Source of the DNA: Spiribacter sp.
Lineage (GTDB): Bacteria > Pseudomonadota > Gammaproteobacteria > Nitrococcales > Nitrococcaceae
Length of the DNA: 64,000 bases
Reading direction: 5' to 3'
Assembly: GCA_965243155.1 (NCBI GenBank)
Contig: CBDEUE010000005.1
Coordinates: 1,334 to 65,333, forward strand
A program made the position numbers and the translations under genes. Shown piece after piece: positions 58,182 through 64,000 of this stretch. Numbering within the stretch: position 1 is the stretch's first letter; each line of letters opens with the position of its first letter. The notes below the pieces were generated by a model that searched no databases, was not told the origin of the DNA, and saw only the letters and a list, made by a program, of their open reading frames with translations.

Positions 58182-59009
58182 ATGGACGCATCAGCCATGT
58201 TTGAACGCTTTCAGCCGCTCATTGTGAGTTTCGCCGGTAATCTGCTGGCCGCCATCGTCATTCTTGTGTTGGGACGTTGGCTGTCGAAGCTGGCGGATCG
58301 ACTAACGCATCGGGCGCTGCAACGAATGAAAGCAGATGCGCTGGTTGAGCGGTTTGTCGCTAACATCGTGCGTATTCTGGTGCTGGTGGCAGCTGTGCTG
58401 GCCGCGGTTAACCAGCTGGGTGTGCAAACAACCTCGTTGATCGCTCTTCTGGGTGCAGCTGGCCTGGCCGTGGGGCTGGCGCTACAGGGGTCGCTCGCCA
58501 ATTTTGCCGCCGGCGTGCTCATTATGACGTTCCGCCCCTATCGGATCGGCGACTATATCGAAGCGGCAGGCGCTGCCGGGACGGTAGATGATTTGCAGCT
58601 TTTTACGACCGTGCTCACAACACCGGATAACCGGCAGGTCATTATTCCCAACGGGCAGATGATGAACGGCACCATAACGAACCATTCCGCTCACGCGACT
58701 CGGCGTGTGGATCTGACGGTTGGGGTAGATTACGCCGCCGATAGCGAGACCGTACGGCAGGTGTTAACACAGTTGGTTGAAGAAGACTCACGCATTTTGA
58801 AAGACCCTGAGCCGTTTGTGCGTATGACGCGGCATGGTGACTCGGCTGTGGAATGGACGCTGCGAGTCTGGGCTAAGACCGAGGATCAGTGGGCGGTCTA
58901 CTGGGACCTTGTTGAGAATAGTAAACGACGTCTGGATGAAGCGGGCATTGCCATTCCGTTCCCGCAGCGCGAAGTCCACCTTTATCAGCATCCTCCTAGG
59001 GACAGTTAG
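58182..59009 (+). CDS. mscS: Small-conductance mechanosensitive channel
   Basis: [26 protein letters not shown] and IPFPQR. Confidence 0.93.
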   Translation: MDASAMFERFQPLIVSFAGNLLAAIVILVLGRWLSKLADRLTHRALQRMKADALVERFVANIVRILVLVAAVLAAVNQLGVQTTSLIALLGAAGLAVGLALQGSLANFAAGVLIMTFRPYRIGDYIEAAGAAGTVDDLQLFTTVLTTPDNRQVIIPNGQMMNGTITNHSAHATRRVDLTVGVDYAADSETVRQVLTQLVEEDSRILKDPEPFVRMTRHGDSAVEWTLRVWAKTEDQWAVYWDLVENSKRRLDEAGIAIPFPQREVHLYQHPPRDS

Positions 59010-59275
59010 TCCTGGGGTTTAAAATCCGGCGGCGGCGCGGAGCCTTCACCGAAGAAAAACTTCTCCATCTCCTGCTCAAGGAATTCGCGCGCCTTCGGGT
59101 CGATGGGCGAGAGCCGGTATTCATTGATTAACATCGTCTGGTGACCCAGCCACATCTGCCAACCCTCTTGGCTGACGTTGTCATAGATGCGCTGGCCAAG
59201 CTCTCCGGGGTAGGGCATGCGCTTTAGTTTTGGGCCCTCGCGGCCGGCCTTGATGCAGTGAACGGTCTCGGTCAT
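59006..59275 (-). CDS. yggX: Fe(II)-trafficking/oxidative damage protection protein
   Basis: [11 protein letters not shown]...W..HQTMLINE; downstream of mutY. Confidence 0.95.
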   Translation of the reverse strand: MTETVHCIKAGREGPKLKRMPYPGELGQRIYDNVSQEGWQMWLGHQTMLINEYRLSPIDPKAREFLEQEMEKFFFGEGSAPPPDFKPQD

Positions 59276-60381
59276 GACCGGGTCTCCTTGTTTGCAATCA
59301 GCTGTTTCACCGGAGCAGGAAGACCCCGGCTAGGCGATAACTCAGGGTTATACCAAACCCAGTCCGCATCCCGCATCCCATGGGTGTGTTCTAGCTGGGC
59401 ATAGACAGGATGGATATCGAGCGAGAAGTGCGTGAACTCATGCCTTAGGGTCTCTGCATGCCCGACAATCTTAATGGCAATGCCGAGGGTGCTGCGTGCC
59501 CAGTCCACAGGGTCTTCGTTAATTGGGCATTCCGGCAGCGACCAAAGCCCCGCCCAGATTCCCCGTGATGGCCGCCGCACTAATAAAACGCCTTCCGGAC
59601 TTGTGATGAGCAGCATGTTGGCCTGTCGCCTAGGCTTCTCGCGTTTGGGTTTGCGTCCGGGGTAGTCCTGCGGATTTCCTTGTGCGAATGCCTGGCAGCT
59701 CGGATGCAGTGGACACTCCCGGCACTGGGGCTGCCGAGTGCATACGGTTGCGCCCAGGTCCATCATGGCTTGATTAAAGTCCCGTGTTTTCTCGGTTGGC
59801 GTTACCGCCTCGCTTAATGCCCAAAGGTTTTTGTTGACCGTAGCCTGTCCGGGCCATCCGGGTACCGCAAAATAGCGCGCTAAGACGCGTTTGACGTTGC
59901 CGTCTAAGATCGGATGCGGTGCATTACGAGATAGAGAAAGAATGGCGCCGGCCGTGGATCGGCCAATACCGGGCAACGCGGCAACGGCTTCCAGTGTCTC
60001 TGGGAAATCGCCTTCATGTTCTTCGACGAGCCTTTTCGCGCATGCATGGAGGTTCCGGGCGCGAGCGTAATAGCCAAGCCCTGCCCATAGCGCGAGGACG
60101 TCATCCAAATCTGCCCGCGCGAGTGTTTGGACGTCCGGGAAACGGGCAAGGAAGCGCTCGAAATAGGGGATTACTGTGGTGACTTGCGTTTGTTGCAACA
60201 TCACCTCGGATATCCATACCCGATAGGGCGTCGCTGGATGCTGCCAAGGCAGGTCATGACGACCGTTTTGTTCAAACCACCGCAATATGCGGTATGCGAA
60301 ATCAGTCGTATCGCTTAGCCCATTGAACGTGGCCGGTCGATGGGTGGTCGCAGAGGCAGTGGCAAGACTTATCTCTTTCAT
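59272..60381 (-). CDS. mutY: A/G-specific adenine glycosylase
   Basis: [26 protein letters not shown] and the FCL cysteine loop. Start uncertain. Confidence 0.96.
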   Translation of the reverse strand: MKEISLATASATTHRPATFNGLSDTTDFAYRILRWFEQNGRHDLPWQHPATPYRVWISEVMLQQTQVTTVIPYFERFLARFPDVQTLARADLDDVLALWAGLGYYARARNLHACAKRLVEEHEGDFPETLEAVAALPGIGRSTAGAILSLSRNAPHPILDGNVKRVLARYFAVPGWPGQATVNKNLWALSEAVTPTEKTRDFNQAMMDLGATVCTRQPQCRECPLHPSCQAFAQGNPQDYPGRKPKREKPRRQANMLLITSPEGVLLVRRPSRGIWAGLWSLPECPINEDPVDWARSTLGIAIKIVGHAETLRHEFTHFSLDIHPVYAQLEHTHGMRDADWVWYNPELSPSRGLPAPVKQLIANKETRS

Positions 60382-60399
60382 GCTGCTAGGAGAACACGA

Positions 60400-60876
60400 A
60401 TGCGCAATATCTGCATCGTCGTTGCTGACGGCGCTCGAGCCCGCTTTTTTACCATTGAATGGCCACAGCAGCCGGAATTTGAGAGCGGCCCGGATTTAGT
60501 GGAGCAGACAACGCTGGCTGCACCGGCCCATGATGCGCCGGATAGTGCCCTTTATACCGAGGGTCTAACTGGCAGAAATCGCACATTGGGCAGTGGCACC
60601 CACGATTATGACGAGCATCGGGGCGCCCACGATGATGAAGTGGAGCGACGCTTTGTCCGCGATATTGTCGTTGAGCTGGGAAAGCGCGGTGCGGACGAGT
60701 GTATTCTCTGCGCCGAGCCGCAGATGCTCGGCTTTCTGCGCAAAGCGCTGGATCAAATTCCATCCCCTCCAATCACCGAAGTGCCCAAGGATCTGACGCA
60801 TTTTGTCGCCCGTGATTTGCAGGTTTGGCTGGCGAGTGAAGGCCTGATTCCGGAGCGACGACCGCCAGGTGGCTAA
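60400..60876 (+). CDS. Host-attachment (AtsE-like / baeRF-type) protein
   Basis: [12 protein letters not shown]...RRFVRDI...[12 protein letters not shown]...PKDLT; AGGAG RBS. Confidence 0.8.
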   Translation: MRNICIVVADGARARFFTIEWPQQPEFESGPDLVEQTTLAAPAHDAPDSALYTEGLTGRNRTLGSGTHDYDEHRGAHDDEVERRFVRDIVVELGKRGADECILCAEPQMLGFLRKALDQIPSPPITEVPKDLTHFVARDLQVWLASEGLIPERRPPGG

Positions 60877-60944
60877 CCCTATCAATTGACGCCCTGCCTG
60901 CGGCGATAGAGCATAGCCCTCTAAGGCATAGAGGGTGATATTGA

Positions 60945-61700
60945 ATGTTACGTGGCTTAGCGCTTTTTGCGCTTCTGCTTATTAGCGGCCCAGTGCTGGC
61001 CACTTCGTTGCGGATTGCCGTGGCCTCCAATTTTCTTATACCGCTTGAGGCCATTGCGGAGGCCTATCACCAGAAGACGGGTATTGAGCTCCGCATTAGC
61101 GCGGGCTCCACCGGCCAGCATTATGCGCAGATCGTCAATGGCGCGCCGTTTGATGTCTTTCTGGCAGCCGACCAGCTGCGACCTCAGCGTCTCGTTAAAC
61201 AGGGCTTCGCACTCAGCGACAGCAAAATAACCTATGCGCAAGGCAGTTTAGTGCTGTGGGCTGCGCCAGAGGCCCTTCTACCCCAAGATGGTGTTCACGG
61301 GTTGACCGACGCCAAACCAAGGCGTCTTGCGATCGCGAACCCGCGTCTTGCCCCTTATGGGCAGGCTGCCAAGCAGGCGCTGATTGCAACCGGGCAGTGG
61401 GAAGCGCTGGATGGGGTGGTTGTTGAGGGAAAAAACGTCGCGCAGGCGCTTCAGTTCCTCGCTACTGGGAATGCTAGCCACGCCTTAATTGCGGCGTCAT
61501 TTGTCAACTCTGATAATCGCCCAGCTGGTCGTTGGAGGAGGGTTGATCCGGCGCTACATGACCCGATTCGTCAAGACGCAGTGATTTTGCAGAGTGCATC
61601 GGATCCGGTTGCCGCGCGCGCCTTTCTAAAATTTCTACAGGGGCCAGAGTCCAGGGCCATCCTTGAGCAGTTTTTCTATCTACCGGCGGGGGATGGCTGA
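60945..61700 (+). CDS. modA: Molybdate ABC transporter binding protein
   Basis: AVASNF, GSTG, GAPFDVFLAAD and ANP..APYG. Confidence 0.94.
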   Translation: MLRGLALFALLLISGPVLATSLRIAVASNFLIPLEAIAEAYHQKTGIELRISAGSTGQHYAQIVNGAPFDVFLAADQLRPQRLVKQGFALSDSKITYAQGSLVLWAAPEALLPQDGVHGLTDAKPRRLAIANPRLAPYGQAAKQALIATGQWEALDGVVVEGKNVAQALQFLATGNASHALIAASFVNSDNRPAGRWRRVDPALHDPIRQDAVILQSASDPVAARAFLKFLQGPESRAILEQFFYLPAGDG

Positions 61701-62371
61701 TGGATTGGATGCCGGTGTGGATCAGCTTGCAGCTTGCCGCCGTCACGGTAGTGGTATTACTGCTCCTTGGTACGCCGTTGGCCTGGTGGCTTGCGGTTAG
61801 CCAAAGTCGTTGGCGCATACCGATCGATGCGCTGGTTGCGTTGCCGCTTGTGCTGCCATCGACTGTCCTAGGGTTCTACATGTTGATGTTGTTGGGCCCG
61901 AATGGCCCGGTCGGCGGGCCTTGGTTTGCGGTGACCGGGTCGACGCTGACGTTTAGTTTCACCGGTCTGGTGATCACCTCGGTGCTCTACTCGCTGCCTT
62001 TTGTTGTCCAACCGCTGCGGGATGCATTTCGGGCTGTCGGCCCGCAGCCGATCGAGGCGGCCGCCATGCTAGGTGCCGGACGCGTTGATGCTTTCTTTAC
62101 CGTGGCCTGTCCGCTGGCGGGACGTGGCTTTTTGACTGCCGCGGTGTTGGGCTTTGCCCATACGCTGGGTGAGTTTGGCGCCGTTCTCATGGTCGGCGGC
62201 AGCATTCCTGGTGAGACACGGGTCGTGGCAATCGCCATCTACGAACATGTCGAGCGGCTGGAGTACGGCGCGGCACACAGCTTATCTGCCGGGCTTTTAT
62301 TGTTCTCATTCGCGGTACTGGTGGTTGTGTATCGGCTGAATGCGCGGACACGTCCAGGGGTGAGCGCATGA
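61700..62371 (+). CDS. modB: Molybdate ABC transporter permease
   Basis: LPLVLP.TVLGF and FAHTLGEFG. Confidence 0.95.
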   Translation: MDWMPVWISLQLAAVTVVVLLLLGTPLAWWLAVSQSRWRIPIDALVALPLVLPSTVLGFYMLMLLGPNGPVGGPWFAVTGSTLTFSFTGLVITSVLYSLPFVVQPLRDAFRAVGPQPIEAAAMLGAGRVDAFFTVACPLAGRGFLTAAVLGFAHTLGEFGAVLMVGGSIPGETRVVAIAIYEHVERLEYGAAHSLSAGLLLFSFAVLVVVYRLNARTRPGVSA

Positions 62372-63447
62372 GTAGCTCGCTCTTAGATTTCGATATCACG
62401 CTGCGGCGGCAGGATTTTTTACTGGCCGCCAAGGGGCATCTGCAGCCCGGTGTCACCGCATTATTTGGTCATTCTGGCTGCGGTAAGACAACACTGCTCC
62501 GCTGCCTCGCCGGTCTTGAGCCAGACGTTCAAGGCCGGATACAGCAAAGTGAGCAGGTATGGCTGGATCAGGATATGGCACTGCCGCCGCATCGGCGTGG
62601 CGTGGGCATGGTCTTTCAGGACACGCGGCTTTTCGCGCATCTGAGTGTGGCGCAGAACCTTGATTATGGTTTAAGGCGCCGCCGCAGTGAGGGGCCCGAT
62701 CGCCAAGAGGTGATTTCGACACTGGGGCTTGAAGCGCTACTCAATCGCTCGCCGGCTGAGCTTTCTGGTGGCGAGGCACAGCGCGTGGCTTTGGGTCGGG
62801 CGTTGCTGGCGGCGCCCCGTCTGCTGTTGATGGATGAGCCGCTGGCGGCACTGGATTATCGTCGGCGTCGTCAGATCATGCCGCTCATCCAAGCGATTCC
62901 AGAGCGGTTTTCACTGCCGGTGCTTTATGTCACCCATGCACGATATGAGGTGCTTGAGCTTGCCGACCGGGTCCTGCTGATGGATCAAGGATCGATTATT
63001 GCGGATGACACCGTTGGGCATGTGTTTTCCTCCGAAGATTATTGGGAGGCACTCGGCGGCCTTGAGCCCATGGTGGTCTGGGAAGGACGAGTTGTCGCTC
63101 GGGATAATGACTGGGGCTTGACCACGCTGGCTACCAACGCGGGTCGATTGCGCCTGGGAGGATTAAGTGCCCTGCATGGGGAGACACTCCGCTTGCGTAT
63201 TGCGGCTCGTGATGTGGTTCTACTGTCGGAGCCACCGGCTGCCTCCGGGTTGCTCAACGGTCTGTCCGTTACGGTTGAGGCCATCGATAATCAGGGCGGA
63301 GGCGTCTTGCGAGTGCGTTTAAACGCGGGTCGCGGAGCGCCAATGTGGACGGAAATTACTCGGCAGACCGCGGCTTCGCTGCGGCTAAAACCGGGCCGTC
63401 GGGTTCATGCATTGATAAGGCCACGCGTCCTCGGGCTCAACGATTGA
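62368..63447 (+). CDS. modC: Molybdate ABC transporter ATPase
   Basis: GHSGCGKT, LSGGEAQR, MDEP and a C-terminal TOBE domain. Confidence 0.93.
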   Translation: MSSSLLDFDITLRRQDFLLAAKGHLQPGVTALFGHSGCGKTTLLRCLAGLEPDVQGRIQQSEQVWLDQDMALPPHRRGVGMVFQDTRLFAHLSVAQNLDYGLRRRRSEGPDRQEVISTLGLEALLNRSPAELSGGEAQRVALGRALLAAPRLLLMDEPLAALDYRRRRQIMPLIQAIPERFSLPVLYVTHARYEVLELADRVLLMDQGSIIADDTVGHVFSSEDYWEALGGLEPMVVWEGRVVARDNDWGLTTLATNAGRLRLGGLSALHGETLRLRIAARDVVLLSEPPAASGLLNGLSVTVEAIDNQGGGVLRVRLNAGRGAPMWTEITRQTAASLRLKPGRRVHALIRPRVLGLND

Positions 63448-63541
63448 TTTGGCGCAAGAATAAGGCCTTTACTCGCTGTCATCTTGGCGTCACAATCCGC
63501 GCTTCCGCAGTGCAGCAAAACCATTGATCGGGGGTCAATCG

Positions 63542-63724
63542 ATGGCAGCCACCATGCGTCGTAACTGTCGAGTGGAGTATCGCGCGAAAGAGATCGTGAT
63601 TAGCGGTCCGATTCGTGAAGCGCGCGAAGAAGCGCAACGAATCATCCAGCGTTTTGCCTGCAGCGCCATGCCCTACCGGCTGGCTAGTGCCGAGTCTGAT
63701 CAGGTGATTCTGCGACCCCAGTGA
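63542..63724 (+). CDS. Small hypothetical protein (about 60 aa)
   Basis: Fills the gap between modC and tRNA-Gly, with a GGGGG SD-like sequence and plausible composition. No family recognised. Confidence 0.5.
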   Translation: MAATMRRNCRVEYRAKEIVISGPIREAREEAQRIIQRFACSAMPYRLASAESDQVILRPQ

Positions 63725-63726
63725 AT

Positions 63727-63800
63727 TGGAGCGGCTGACCGGGATCGAACCGGCATCACTGCCTTGGGAGGGCAGCGCTCTACCATTGAGCTACAGCCGC
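63727..63800 (-). tRNA. tRNA-Gly(CCC)
   Basis: 74-nt cloverleaf GCGGCTG...CTCCCAA...TTCGATC...CAGCCGCTCCA. Confidence 0.97.
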
Positions 63801-63886
63801 AATTTCAGCTTCTAGTATCCGGTTTTGTGCCAATTCGGCAAGTCCACTAATGCCCGATGAACCGTGGCCTGCGTTACAATTGCGTC

Positions 63887-64000
63887 ATGAACACGCAGAT
63901 GCGCGATATTACGATTCAGCTGAATGGCAGTCCGCATTCCATACCTGGCGGGCAATCCGTTGCCAGTCTGCTGGCATCTCTTGAGCTTGCCAATCAGCGC
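63887..64000 (+). CDS. thiS: Sulfur carrier protein ThiS, 5' part
   Basis: Hand translation: MNTQMRDITIQLNGSPHSIPGGQSVASLLASLELANQR..., with the I.LNG...V..LL..L.L...R pattern. Confidence 0.78.
   Translation, partial: MNTQMRDITIQLNGSPHSIPGGQSVASLLASLELANQR

Noticed and set aside
1-64000. CRISPR arrays, IS/transposases, prophage or defence genes
   Set aside because: No regularly spaced repeats or such protein motifs were seen. Nearly all sequence is explained by the listed genes.

Overview
Chromosomal window from a moderately GC-rich gammaproteobacterium. Gene content and order suggest Ectothiorhodospiraceae, possibly Spiribacter-like, but this is inference only. In order it holds: (1) 1-7.9 kb, a co-oriented envelope-modification locus (gtrA, gtrB, 'thermostable hemolysin'/GNAT-like, TauD-like dioxygenase, acyl-CoA ligase, SDR, PmrA/QseB-type regulator and sensor, ArnT-like transferase) with two PmrA/QseB-type CTTAAN-N5-CTTAAN boxes; (2) glnE-ilvE; (3) a large lipid A/LPS-core cluster (two LpxL-family genes, hldD, hldE, waaF, kdkA, waaA, several glycosyltransferases, UDP-GlcA decarboxylase) containing an AT-rich methyltransferase plus KpsS-like cassette; (4) tolC-pcm, a candidate CsrB/RsmY-like sRNA, and rpmB-rpmG-mutM; (5) a sigma54/NtrC-type TRAP + TauE + HpxW-like amidohydrolase operon, proposed for oxamate nitrogen scavenging; (6) tartrate genes, hemH-Crp/Fnr-cydABDC and a divergent compact NarX/NarL-like pair; (7) assorted metabolic genes, an atypical Rieske-like protein, tRNA-Phe, mscS, yggX, mutY, modABC, tRNA-Gly and partial thiS. 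Twelve single-base indels, nearly all in homopolymer runs, split 7 genes and are most likely sequencing errors. No CRISPR array, IS element or integrase was seen. All family assignments are from motif recognition, not database searches.
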